The notes beneath the pieces are model-generated. The model worked only from the letters and a program-made list of their open reading frames with translations, ran no database searches and was not told the DNA's origin. The position numbers and the translations under genes were made by a program. A DNA stretch of 64,000 nt from Aplysia californica. Taxonomy: Eukaryota. The stretch is from NCBI RefSeq assembly GCF_000002075.1, contig NW_004797754.1, positions 303,530-367,529 of the forward strand. Reading direction: 5' to 3'. Shown piece after piece: positions 1-12,875 of the stretch. Each line of letters begins with the position of its first letter. The first letter of the stretch is position 1.

Positions 1-410
1 TTGGAATCAACACAACATTGTAACGATAACACCCTAGCACACATTTATGCAAGAATTTCACAAATTAGTTGAATATCTTTCTTTGAAGGGCCTTTATACC
101 AGGCCCCGTGTTGTTTACCCTTAGATCTAGCCTACATCGCGACAGCAAAACAACGAATTTTGCAAGAATTTCGCAAGAATTTCGCGGAGTTTCGATCGAT
201 ATTGGCGCTCAGAGATTGAGGTCAGGTTTGTTTACAAGTTCTACTGCCTTTCGACAACTTAAAAAGTCGGAACTATGTTAAAAAGTGCACATTTGTTAAG
301 GATTTCGTTGAGCCGCTCACAGCGTTCGAATGGATAGCGGAAAAACTCAGAGCCGCTGTCAGCGGCCGAATGGACGGAATCAGTTAATGATTTAATAGGG
401 CCTAAGCCTA

Positions 411-1222
411 AGATAAGTACGGCTGGACTGGCAGTCTAGCCGTACTTAAGTACGGCTAGACTTCTTGGCTATCCGTACTCCCCGTACTTAAGTACAGGTA
501 GACAACCAGGCTAGCCATACTTAAGGACTGCTAGACTGTCAGGCTAGCCATACTTAATATTGATGGCTGAATTGTAAATGAAATTTTTAGTTCGGAGTTT
601 CTACGAACACAGTAACCGGCAAACGGGCACGTAGTCTCAGTATCATGTACACGGTAACCGGGCAGTAGAACTCCAAGTTCAGTTTTTGTCATTCGGTGTT
701 GCCTTCTTCCCCACCCCTCCCCTGACTGAAAAAAAAAATCAATACCCCCCATTCCGGAGCCCTATACTTCGCAGCGCACATGCTTTGAATGAACAGTGGT
801 GACCCCAACCGGTACTCACAATGTGATGTGCACGCACAGGTTCACTGACTGGTCAAGATGGCGAGCCCGACAAGACGCTTTTATATGTGACTTTCTTTTT
901 TATTGAGCAAGTGACAGGTGCACAGGACAAAATATTGATTTAAATAATTTTCATTCTGGTTTACCGTGTACGTAGATACAGAGACTAGGTGCCCGGTTAC
1001 CGTGTACGTAGACACTCCGTTTTTAGTTTGAAATGCCGAAAGTATTTGTATTTCAGACAAAACCAAAAGGTGCCTTACTGACTTGCATTATTTGAACCTG
1101 AATAGTTACGAGATCTAGATGTAATGAGACCTGTGTACTTAACAGGTTTGAGTCGATAGGGCCAAACTAGATCTAAGTACGGCTAGACTCTCAGGCTAGC
1201 TGTACTTAAGTACGGCTAGCCA
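411..1222. repeat. Foldback-like region: tandem ~33-nt hairpin units plus nested inverted repeats
   Basis: AAGTACGGCTRGAC...CTAGCCGTACTT units at 415-555 and 1174-1220; 625-662 is inverted relative to 958-1012. Confidence 0.6.
751..880 (+). repeat. Short dispersed repeat (inverted homolog at 36741-36903)
   Basis: Shared ATTCCGRAGCCCT...CTTTGAATGAAC...CGCACAGGTTCACTGACYGGTCA...GACGCTT. Confidence 0.7.
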
Positions 1223-1730
1223 CTTCGATTTGATATTTAATTTTACAGTTAGATAAAGATTTGAAAATTTCTCGACAATAATCGATTTGCGACAGCTTTA
1301 GTGGCTTTGTGTGATCTGCAGCTACCAGTACTGCAGTTTGACCCCAGAAGCAGTGCATCTGTATGCGGGAGTGAAAGTAAAATTTTACCACATCTAGATT
1401 GTAGAATCTAGATATATCTATCTACTCTCGAAAATCTCAGATTATTTCAATTCTTTTTTGTTTTTAGGTAATTGAAATAGAGAGACCCTGAATTGCCAGG
1501 TAATTGTTGAGGAGTAAATTAAGCGTGAGACTGGAAGGAAACACTAAAAGTGAGAAAATCAAAATCCAAGCTAAGAATGGCCCTTTTTCGGCAGATCCCT
1601 CCCACAAAATAATTTTATTATTTGCCGGTTTGGGCCCCAAGAGGGGAGGACTTCCGTAACGAGTGACCACGATGAGACCGAGTAGAATAGAAGTTTGGGG
1701 TAAGGGTAGGGTTTGGGTCAAGGAGTTTAC

Positions 1731-2200
1731 AGTAATGGAGGATGCTCTGTGGGCGGCACCCACGCCTGATAGGAGCCCTCTCTCGCAGCGGAACTGTGGT
1801 CTACCTGCGCTGCGCTTACGCACTGAAATCTAGATAAGAAAGAAAGGTTTTATTCCGAGATTAGGCAAGTCAATGAGTAAAAATGCCTTCCACCTGTGTT
1901 GTGTTTAAGTGTAAGAACGGATATGATGCTGCAGTGGACTGAAGTTTTCACAGGTGTTGTTTTCCTTTTTAAAAAATCTGAATGAAAGTGTTTTTATGCA
2001 CCCAGCGACACAATTTAGTATATTTTAAACATTTATAAGAGGCTGGCTCCGGCGCTATCTGCTAAGGCCCACCCGGGCAGAAAGGGATACACTGTAACAA
2101 CACCCCAGAAGAAATAATTGCATAAGAGCATGCTCTATGCGCTTCACAACTATTACAAGAAAGACCGAGATACTTGATTTTAAAAAAATATTCTTTCTTG
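1731..2200 (+). repeat. Dispersed ~450-bp repeat, copy 1
   Basis: High similarity to 12876-13310; ends in TG/TA microsatellite. Confidence 0.85.
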
Positions 2201-3177
2201 TGTGTGTGTGTGCGTGTGTATGTAGTATGTATATGTATATGTATATACATATATATATACAGAGCTGTTAAAGTACTTTTTAAAAAGTACTTAAGTACAC
2301 ATTTAAAATCTAAAAAATGTACTTAAGTACAGTAAAAGTACTTTCCTGTAAAATGTACTTGAGTACAAGTACTTTTTAAAAAAGTACTTATGAGTACATT
2401 TTGAGTACTTTCTGCTAATATCATGCTAAAACTCTTCAGTGCTAACGCAAAACATCATATTGAATAACATATCCAGTATATTTGACAAATTAGGCCATTT
2501 ATTACTAAAAATGTCAACAGTATACCAAGCATTTGATACATGTACGCACTGAACGTAGGTGGAAATGGTCTGTGAAATTGAAAAAAACAAACCCATACAA
2601 ACTGACACAAATACAGGGTACTACTAGCTTGTGAGTGCACCTAACCTTTGTAACATCCACTGCCATTGTAAATGACCAAGACAAATTTCTCCCTGCGAGA
2701 TGAATAAAGGTTGTCTCTGTCATTGTCATTTAGGTGGTAGTTTTGAGGTATATATGCTATGTTCAGATGTGGGATATTGTTGTTCTTGAAATTCCAGAGA
2801 CAGAGATTCATTGATGTCACTAAAAAAATCACAAGAAAAATTCATAAAGCCTTTCTAGAGAAAAAATGGTATACAATAATCTAAAATTGACAAACAGCTT
2901 GCATTTTCACTCACTGATGATGCGCTACAAAGTGAGAATATAAATGCAAATGAAATACTCTTTCTGGTTATAGAAGTGAAAACTGAATATTCATTCATTG
3001 GTGTTCTGATTATTTTTCTCTCTCATTTTTATCAGCTATTCAAGGGGCATCCTGTATTTTAGTCATATTGTGCTGAAAAAATTTTGTTAAGTGACTTGGT
3101 AACTCTGAGAGGCCCATTATCTTTAAAATTAATGTATTATTTTCCTTGTGTTGACTCAATTTATTTTACATTTTTTA

Positions 3178-3360
3178 TGGGTGGTTGGCGGGTGCTCTGG
3201 TGTGCTTTTTTTCTTCTTTCCTATTAAACGTCTATCGTCTTTTTCATCCCTCTTTCTATTTTGTGTTTGTTGTACTCTCTTGTAACACCTCAAATCTTCG
3301 GCACTTTTATGACCTTATGTGTTGCAAGTGCTGTAAAACTCTTACTAAAACTAAAACTTA
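3178..3360 (+). mobile_element. SINE family A (~180 bp, GGGTGGTTGGCGGGTGCTCTGG head, stem-loop tail, ACTAAA repeats)
   Basis: More than a dozen similar copies in the window. Confidence 0.85.
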
Positions 3361-3540
3361 CATTTTTTCAAACTAAATATTTTGAAACAAATTTTATGAA
3401 AAGTTTTATTTTGTGATGCTTCTTTCTACTTGAATTTTTAACATGAATTGATTTCATGAGAATTTCCTATTTAAACTCCAAGCTAGGTGTAGTATAGATT
3501 GATTCTCACCTATGTTTTTTAACATTTTATCTCCCCACAG

Positions 3541-3706
3541 AACTGATAAAATTTCATCTGTGAGTAATCACCGATCTCGACCATACAAGTCATGGTCTCA
3601 ACAGGATGACATAGAAAGTATTTCATCTGCCCTAAGCACTGTGCCTGGTTCCTACTCACGGTTTCCTAGTCACAAGATGTCTTCCAGTACTCCAAGCAAG
3701 AGACAG
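3541..3706 (+). CDS. CCDC18: CCDC18 exon a (Ser-rich, phase 2-0)
   Basis: ttatctccccacAG | TDKISSVSNH...STPSKRQ | GTgatt; open 5' end requires an upstream exon, or use of the in-frame ATG at 3677. Confidence 0.7.
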
Positions 3707-5049
3707 GTGATTGTTTCTCCTTCTTAAGTATTTGGTTTTTATCATGTTTTTGTGAATGCTGCCAAGAATTTCGGGTAATTTTGCTTCCTGTAATCCTACT
3801 CCCTGACTTCCATGTCATGAAGTGTAGCTGTGATCTCTGGTCTGTTTTATCTATAACATAAAATATAAAACTTATTTACGGCCTCATTTTCTTTTATCAG
3901 AGGTGCCTATTTTCTGCATAAATGCCGAAATCTGGGTTTCTGAAATTGTCCGGATTTTGTTTAAGGCATGTCACGGGTCTGCAAAACACGATATTTGGAT
4001 GAAAATTTTGATTTTTAACTGTGTCAATTTTTGGGTACCTGAATATCTAAAGAATCGATATCACTTGATGTTTCATTCTCAAAAATACAAGAATTCACCA
4101 TTAGAGGCGTTTTCAGGAGGGCACCCTATCCAAAAGTTGGCACGTTTTCTTCAAATTAGCACATAATTGGAACGTGAAAAGAACCATGTGTCTCCGTGTC
4201 ACCCTAACATGTTTAGTATCGTTGTGCTCCCAAGCTTTTCATCTTTCAAGACAATAAACGATCAAGACCATCAAGATTTATGTATTTCTGACGGTTGAGC
4301 ACATATAGGCAAGATTCAGGGCTCCTCTTTTTGTAGATTTTGGGTTGTCTTGAACAAAACGAAACCCCGTTGCTAAAAATAATATTATATGACGTCAACA
4401 CTCAGTTGTGAAGGCCGTGCGGTAAATTATTATGGTCTCCAACAGTACTTTACGATCACCGCCATTTCTTCTTTCGATTAGAGAGTCGTTTGAAGTATTG
4501 CCACGGATGAAACCGTCTAATTCGCTTTTGTATTTGACAACACATAATCCTGTTTCTGATCCCTCAATTTTTGTAGGTTACAGAGCAGGTAAATCTAGGC
4601 TGTTTCCCTATTTGCGTGTATAGTACGATCGAAGAAGTCGTTTTTACGCTCATCGTCGCGTCAAAGATCAGCCACTCTAGTGAATGTGATCACATAAACG
4701 TTGTAAAACTCGAATAAAGGTACAATGTTAAGCTCAAGACGGGATCACACCGAGGTGGGAACTGACCGATGCGTTCGTTTTCGCTACACATCGCTCTCGC
4801 ATCTGAGCTCTCCACCTAACTTCGCTCAAGACGGGATCACATCAAACTGTGTACTCTTCCCTGACCATTGCAGCAACTGTCTCAACTCCCGCATTTGCAA
4901 GACAGATTGAATTTTAATTGGTGTGGTAAAAAAAAACAACGTAATGTGCGTAACGATAAAGACGGTGGAACTCGGTCAGAGATGGAAAGCTATCAATTTT
5001 GGACAAGTAAAGTAAAGGGGAGGGGCAACTGGACAAGCATAGATCTTGA

Positions 5050-5900
5050 GACTCACAGTAGGATAATAAGTGAAAATGGCATGCCTCATAGAACAAAACG
5101 TTATCGTCGAAAATCAACAATAAGATGGGCTGCAGTCTGCCATCAAACAACACTATCCTTGGAAGGTATGTAGATTTCAAAAGGCCAGACATGTGTACCT
5201 GTGTCTAACAAATGGAAAGGTGAACGGTATGGTTAGTCGTCAGAGAGTTGAACTCTATCTTTCGATAACTTCTGTTGACAAAATTTTAATACACGTTCTC
5301 GATTTGAAGGCATGCCATTTCAATATATATACCAAGTCATTTCCGGTTCCCACGCCAGGGAACAGATCAAACGGTAGCTATGGTTTCTTGAGGATAATGA
5401 TTATGATAATTCATTCTTAGAAAGAGTTGTTCTGCGATGAAGCCCATCTTTATTTGAACAGAGACGTGAACACAAAAAATGACATTCGCTGGAGTCCAGA
5501 AAGACCAGACAACAGAATGCGTAGGACTCATTGGTCCGAACTGGTTGAAGACTATGGTATAGCAACAGTGGTAGTAGATCAATATGTGAAGATTCTTGAT
5601 CGGTGTTGAAGATCATTGGGAAGATTATGTGGGACCTCAAGAGCGTAAATGACCATGGTTCTAGCAAGAAGGAGCACGCTATAAGTTCTAGTCATCGAGT
5701 GGAACCAGAATCACTTCAACAGAAGTTGCGGTATACCTTGTGCCGAGCTTCACACAATCCCAGCCTGAACCCGTTGGACTTCCAATAATGGGGCAGATGT
5801 GTGTCCAGACTTTTCCCAACTATTGTGAACTGAGGCAAAACGTGGAGCACATTGCTCGACAAATAAAATTCTTCTAGAGCAGCACCAGAACAGAAGGTAG
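5050..5900 (+). pseudogene. Decayed Tc1/mariner-family transposase remnant
   Basis: FCDEAHLYLNRDVNTKNDIRWS (5427) and PSLNPLDFQ*WG (~5760), equivalent to the FSDEAHF.L.G.VN and SPDLNPLDF.WG motifs; stops and frameshifts; ends not resolved. Confidence 0.7.
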
Positions 5901-6220
5901 TAAATCACGTTTCAACGCCGAACAAGGGAGTGTGTCTCTCATAACTGTCGCCACATAAAACGCATTCTTTGACTGCCCAGAACATCTGTAACGAATAGTG
6001 GGATTCTCCTGTAACCTAGTCAGACTAAATTCACAAATGGTTCTCATTTTCCTAAATTATTTTACAGTACCCTTGACAGATTTTTAAAATGTGAGCACTT
6101 GGGATACGTGGCAAACACACACATGCGAGCATGCACGTGCACTCATTCACCCACACTCAGTGTGTGAGAGCGTATGTTGTGTGTATGTGTGTTTGTTTGT
6201 TTGCTAGTACGTGTGTGTGG

Positions 6221-6224
<4 letters not shown>

Positions 6225-6269
<45 letters not shown>
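6225..6269. repeat. (TG)n microsatellite
   Basis: Direct inspection. Confidence 0.95.
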
Positions 6270-6270
<1 letters not shown>

Positions 6271-7516
6271 ATGTTTGGGTTGGTGCAATCTCGGAGCGTG
6301 TTACTGAACAATTGTTCTGATTTGTACGTGACTGGTCAAGGGTAGTAACTAACTAAAAATTACTGAAGGTGGTCATGTTCACCTGTCATTGAAAGCTTAT
6401 TTCATGGGGAAATGAACATATAACCTTATTAATTTCATTTAATATATCAGAGAGGGGCCAACGTTTCAAAAATATCAAATTTATTGTTTAAAAAACTATG
6501 GTTTTCGAACTTTGACGTTGTCAAATAGGTGGGGCTTTTCTTTTGCGTTTTTCTCAAAAACTACTTTTTCACTATGGTGATGACGCGGGGACAGACGTTT
6601 TTCTGAACTTATCTAAGCTACAAACTTGAAATTTGGCACAAAGGTGCTGTATAGTCTGTTTTGTTATCCGATGTCAGCATTTTGCGAAATATGCATTGCT
6701 TTTAAAAAAATTTCTGCTTTTTTGTCCTTGTACTAGTTTTTTTCAGAAGTCATCCGGTGATATATGGATATTTTTGTTGTTTTTCGTGATAGACGAAAAT
6801 CTCTCCTTCGGATTACAGATAATAGGTTTGTGTATTTGTGTGCCAAGTTTGAGGCTTAAAATCGACTTTTTTCTGAGGAAAACGTCTGTCCCCGCAACAT
6901 AGCAAAAAATCCAAGATGACCGGCACAGAGCCCAACTTTTTAACAAAACTAAAAAAAATCCGTCGTAATTCTTCTAATTATTCTATAATTAGCAAGTACC
7001 ACCTTTAAAAATTGAAAGAAAGTCAAACCCCTAGAACTTTCCTCGTATCATGTACATGTCGTTAAGTAATATATTCCAGAAAAATATCCATATATTGTTA
7101 TGTCTTTTTCCATGTCATATTAAACTTTTATACAAAAAGTCTTGGTACAAGATGCACGAGCTGTAAATTTTGAGTGTCCACACACACATTTCTATGGGGT
7201 CCAGAAAAGTCAGGGGGTTTTTTTTTCAGCCAGTTGGCACTTGTTTTTTCTTTTTAATGTTACTATCATTTGCTGTTTGAGTATATCCCATGAATGCGAA
7301 CCCTTTTGCTCAATATGCTAGCATCATCATGCTTTCTTAAATAATTATTGTTTCATTTTTTTCAAAGGCAACAGTTACTTTTAATTTATGAATGGAATTT
7401 ATGTAATTTGCCCCTGGGCAACTAATCTCTACCTTTATCTTCTGATTTTACTTTTTTACTCAACTGAATCATAAAGAACACAATTTTTTATTCAAAAAAC
7501 CTTTTCGACTCTACAG

Positions 7517-7690
7517 ATGGCAGGGAAATCAAAATTTAGAAGTGATGGCTTTGAGTCTGACAGCTCCTCAGAGTCAACGAAAGAGAACCGAGGTGGAGAT
7601 AAGTATGAGCGCAAACTGCTTTTACAAAACCAGAGGCTTTTGTTGGAAGTTGAGCGACTGATTGGTGACTTGCATGCTTCCAAGGTGGAG
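7517..7690 (+). CDS. CCDC18: CCDC18 exon b (0-0)
   Basis: ctctacAG | MAGKSKF...LHASKVE | GTtagt. Confidence 0.85.
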
Positions 7691-7895
7691 GTTAGTCATA
7701 TTGCTCCAGCTGCTTTTATTCTTCACGTTCACATGTGGCAGTGGTTCTGTAATGTTGTAGAGAAGTGTGCTGAGAAGGATGTGTTGATATACGAAAGAAA
7801 GAAATTACTGATATCTGAAGTCACCTATTTGTCTTGTTTTTGAAAATCATCTTCTTCTTTTGTGTTGATTTTTGATCACCCAAATTGTGAAGTAG

Positions 7896-8332
7896 CATAT
7901 GTGAGGCAGCATGGTGAAATCAGGCACTCGTCAAAATAATGAAATTGGAGAAACATGAATTTTTCTGCTAGTTTGGAAATTTTTATAGATTTTGTATTTT
8001 TTGGCTTAATCGCTTTTATGTCCATATAAATGCGCATTTCTGTATGAATTTCACTGAAAAACATTGATTAAAGGCTCCAAATATGTCATTTTTCAGTTTT
8101 CAAAGACTCTCTAGATATTGGAGTTACCAAACTTTGACGCCATTTTCTCGATAATTTCACCACTGAAATCAGGTGAATGACCTCACTTTCTTCAATCACA
8201 AATATCTTGAGTTCTATCCAAGATAGATGGATATTTTTTCTATCAAAAGCAAGACAAATGAACAAACTTTATGATGATACAAATAACTCCAAATGCCCCC
8301 CAAAAATTGATTCCACCACGTTGCAACACATA
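7896..8332 (+). mobile_element. ~440-bp MITE family M, copy 1
   Basis: CATATGTGAGGCAGCATGGTGAAATCAGG end; homologous to 49683-49930, 51598-52035 and 62842-63282. Confidence 0.8.
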
Positions 8333-8334
8333 TA

Positions 8335-9721
8335 CAGGGTGATCCCAAAAAAACTTTACATGTTTTTGAAATATCTTCCTCCATACTGAAGTTTTGTGTT
8401 TCATATTTGGACAAAACATTTGGAAGTCAAAAGGAATTTTTCTGATATGTATTTTAGATAACTCCATTGAATAATTTTGCTCTGTATAGCGCATTAAAAA
8501 AACAACCCATTTTCAACCTTGTCGCCATTTTCATAGCATGACGCACCAGCTCGCATTAGGCCTACCACTAAAAGTTGCAACAATCGCGCCATATTGCAAG
8601 CTACAGCTGTCTAACAAGTCAACAGAAGTCTGCAGATATTATTTTTCCCAAATTTTGTTATCCTGCTTAGATCATGGCTACGTTTAGTAAAGAGCAGAGG
8701 GCCTTTTGTATTGAACATTACCTCTCCGCAAACTCACCATCCCTGACATTTCGTAAGTTCTGCGCACGGCATGGAGAGAATGCTTAGGTGCCCTCAAGAC
8801 CTAAGTTTCGTCAGTTTGGATCTATAGCGAATCAGAACTAAAAAGTTCTTTAAAACATGACCACTTGAGGTTGAACACGCACCATGCGCAGCCCTATAAA
8901 CATCACCAGAGTGCAGATTTCAGTAGCCGAGTTCCATGAGACGTCTGTCTGTGGATGATCTGCAGCTAGGACTTCCCTACACATCAACAGTCTGCATTCT
9001 CATGGCAGATCTTAACCTAAGACAATACCATGTTCATCTTCGCTAGGCCGAGATGACATGGATCAGGGCATGGAAATGTGTTCATGATTCCTCGATTGTC
9101 TTGTAAAGAGGGATCATTTCCTCGATGACATTTGGTTTAGTGCAAAGCCCATTTTCACCCTGCGGGATATGTTAACTCCAAAAATGCTGTCTATTGGGCA
9201 CCCCACTCTATTATCTCTAGAAGCCACTTCTTAGTGAACATGTACAGTGTATGTGGCTTTAAAAGCTCGTGGTTTAGCAGGTCCTTGTGTTAGAGCGCCA
9301 CTGAACATTTCGAACGACGCGTTAAAAATGTGTCGAGTCCAGAGGAGGGAATGTGGAGTACTGCTTCTAGGAATTTCAGAATGAACTCATTAGGTTTTTT
9401 AAACTCTGTAAAAGAAATTAAATATTGTTTAAATGTGGCAGGGATGGAAAATTAATGCCATAGAGAAAATAAAGAAAAAGGTCAACTCATCTTTTCACAA
9501 CTTCCTTTACAAGATTTTTAAACATGGGTGAACTTTGCGTTTTTGGGTGCTTTTTTCTTTTAGCCGTTTCTGTTTTCAAAACAGGTTTCTTCTTTGTGAA
9601 TTTTATATCAAACAAATTCCTTTTGAATGAATTATGTCTGTTCCAAATTACTGCATCCTAGAACAATTTTTGTATGAGATATTCAGAAAAAAAGGTGTAA
9701 CGTTTTTTTTGGATCACCCTG
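8335..9721 (+). mobile_element. Tc1/mariner element with decayed transposase
   Basis: TA | CAGGGTGATCC...GGATCACCCTG | TA; remnants MATFSKEQRAFCIEHY (8674) and IWFS...GYVNSKNAVYW (~9130-9200). Confidence 0.9.
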
Positions 9722-10374
9722 TATTTTGTCAACTGGGATGTCACATGACACCATTGTTCTTACTCTAGTTTATTTGATCTTATAAATGATTGAAATTGGT
9801 GTAGCCTTTGTAATATACTTAAAAACATTCTGTAGGGGTTATCACTGGAAGGTCGTGTGTCTTAACAATTTTTCTTATCTTGCATGAATTCAGAATACCT
9901 TTGTAGTCTTCTTATTATCTATTAAATTTTGGAGTGAGTAGTTGTACTTACCAAGAGAAAGTATTTCTCATCTGCGGTAAGCCTTTTTTTTTTTACCCCC
10001 AAAAAGGAAAGTAAAATAAAAGCCATCTGCAACTGTAGATTACATTATGATCAAGTGTTGTTTGCCATTGAAGCAGGTCTTTGATGTATGCTTAAGTCAT
10101 TCTTGCACAACAGAACTATCAGTCCTGAGAGTTTTTGTGATTGTACTTATTTGGATGCAATACAATTTTGGAGATACTTATTTTCTCATTCCTCTAGTCA
10201 TTTTACCGTCTTTCTTATGTATGACCCATAAGAATCATTGTGTCATTTTAGGTTAAAACATATGGACACACTTGTGCTTGGGGTTGTAATGCACTTATTT
10301 TTTATCATTGAACTTTATGTAAGTGCACTAGGGTGGTTCATGTTGTGAAAGTACTCAAATTGTCAATCTTGCAG

Positions 10375-10481
10375 AATGCCTCTCTTTTGAAAGAAGCTGA
10401 TGGAGTGAAGAAGATCCCTGATCTGGAGGATAAAATTGAAGAACTTCTCTCTGAAAGTCAGGCTCAGGACAAAGCACTGCG
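10375..10481 (+). CDS. CCDC18: CCDC18 exon c (0-2)
   Basis: tcttgcAG | NASLLKE...AQDKALR | GTaagt; CCDC18 AQDK motif. Confidence 0.92.
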
Positions 10482-10847
10482 GTAAGTTCTCAAGATATTT
10501 CAATATCTCTTAAAACTGGAAATTTTGCTGATCAAACTTTTGTTTATGGCAAGTAGTTTTTGTGTTGCAGATGATTTTGGAAGCTCATATCAACCAAACC
10601 TCGATGTTTTCCTGCTGTTGCTGCGGTCAAGAATTCAGTGTTCTTTGTGATGTTTAGATAAACATGCTCTATTTTGAGATTTTAAAACAAAAATAACAAG
10701 GATATCAAGAGCTGCAACTCTGATGTAATTTCAGTGTTCACACTTAGTGAATTCATTGAGAATAAATGTTAAGAATGTAGAACACGTGACTAAGCACAAG
10801 TACTGGCAATCGCCAGTGACGTGAACAGAATAAAAAACATACCTTTT

Positions 10848-12072
10848 GCAGACCTGCCACTCATCCTGATCTAATCAGGATATCCCGATTTTTTTTACCA
10901 AATCTTAAGCATCCCGATTTTCTAGATTTCAGTAGGTGTATTCAAATTTTTTCGGATTTAGTAGCTGACTCGCCCTAAGTTGTGTTTGATCTTTGTCTGC
11001 ACTCAGAATTCTCTGATGATAGTCTGATAACCGTGACATACAAATAATCGATTTATAATATTCGTAGTACTGCGGTTACTCTCAAAACAAGCCTTGTCGG
11101 AGGTGTAGTAACCTAACACTTGGCCGTTGTTGTTAAAAAAAAATTTTTTAAAAAGATTTTTTACGACGCTCGCAACTGCATAAGGTCTGGTGTCAACAGA
11201 GAAGTCCATATCCGGAATCAGGCTTACTCTGCTCACCCCTCTAGCTTCAACAGCTCAAAGTCTGCTTCGACTATCAAGGCACCCCGTAAATAGCAGGTCA
11301 CAAGAGTGTGACAAACATACAAAAGAAGTAGAGGAAAAAATGATGATAGTAAGGATTAGGAAAGAAAAAGCAGCAGTTCCCCGCTGCCGAGAAACAGTTA
11401 TGAGCATGACATTGATGAATCAGCCCATTTACAATTCTACTGTGCATAAGAACATGTTGTCCCCCCTTTGGGAATCGCCTAAAGACATTTCAGTCAGTAG
11501 CACAGCCCCACGGGGTTCGTTGTCGTTGCTTTGATCTGGACGCCGATAAGGGATAAGTAAGAGATAAATTTTTTGAATATTTGGTCGGTCGGCTGTTGCT
11601 GTTAGCCTAGAACGATTGTCGCTTGTCTGTGTGTTTGGTGTGAACACGCGGTTAGTCGGGCCCATCAGTAAAATTATATTTAAATCATGCGTTCGCGTCA
11701 CGTGTCATGACTTGGGCGTGTGAGTTCCGTGTGTGTTGGGGACCTAAAGTTCATGCGCACTGGTTGAAACATCATTCGGGATTTATTGGTTGCGGGGTGT
11801 TTAGACACTTGAGTGCTTGATGTGATGCTTCAGAATTTAAAAAAAAAATGATTACACACACACATGCATGTACACACGCGCACACACACACACACACTCT
11901 CACAAACACACATATACAGATATATGTGAGTGGACACCCCTAAAAAATTTTTAAGTCAGCTTGGCAGCCACCTTGGTGATTTTTGCTGTTGATCCCGATT
12001 TTTTTTTCTCCAAATCCCAATTTTTACCCCTTGAGATTCTGATTTTGAGATTTCATAGAGTGGCAGGTCAGC
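10848..12072. mobile_element. Non-autonomous hAT-like element hosting a SINE
   Basis: TIRs GCAGACCTGCCACTC / GAGTGGCAGGTCAGC; TSD not clear. Confidence 0.55.
11155..11515 (-). mobile_element. SINE family C (long variant sharing core and tail with family A)
   Basis: Reverse complement homologous to 38986-39370. Confidence 0.8.
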
Positions 12073-12579
12073 TTTAGATTCTGATTCTGTTTTACAAAAG
12101 CAGTAACTATGAGTAGATTTAGTTGGCAATTTGTTACTTAATAAGCCATTAGGTATCATGCAACTCAGCCTAGCAAGACAAAACGCACAAGGGGAAAAGG
12201 AGACATGAATCAAACCTGTGCAGTTTATGACATTCCCTTGCTTTGAACCCTGCTTTTTTTTTAATTAACTCCGAAATAAACATATTTTCTGCTGTAGAAA
12301 CTTACTTGACTTATATTCAATTTCACCTAAATCAAGCCTTTTTCTGCTAATTACTACTCCTCAGTTTTTGAAAGATCATAGCATGCAAGAGATTTCTGCT
12401 TCTGGATTTTGCTCAGGATTTTTGTAATACCATGCTCAAACAAAAGTTGAAAATTCATGAATATTCAAATATTATTCACTGCACAACTGATTGACATACC
12501 CCATGGAAGTTGTCAGTTAGCAACTATTTAGAGTTAGCAGATCCTTTAATATGATCATGCTACTGGTTTCTTTCTGCAG

Positions 12580-12708
12580 GGCAGCAGAGAAACATTTGGA
12601 TGAAGGATCAAAGAGGAACTCAGAGTTACAGAAGAAGCTGGACGAATGTCAGGCTGAGGTTTCTGACCTGCGAGCAGAGCTTGAGGAGCACAAGGAGACG
12701 AAAAAGGC
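12580..12708 (+). CDS. CCDC18: CCDC18 exon d (2-2)
   Basis: tttctgcAG | AAEKHLDE...EHKETKKA | GTaagt. Confidence 0.92.
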
Positions 12709-12875
12709 GTAAGTTAATAATTGAGACACTCGAGGCCTTTGGATGAGTATGATTTTCGGTAGTCCATGCCCCTCTCTTGCATATATCTATTGGTTGTATA
12801 AGATGAACAAAATTAAGAAAAATTATGAGGGATGACTGCCCGCTAGTTGTATGCTCTGTGGGCAAGGAGATTAAA

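Noticed and set aside
2260-2415. AGTACT-rich palindromic array as a novel system
   Set aside because: Looks like the subterminal repeat of a hAT-type MITE; the other end was not found.
6366-7004. Kolobok-like element (AGGTGGT...ACCACCT TTAA)
   Set aside because: Only ~8 bp of inverted match and no TTAA on the left; insufficient support.
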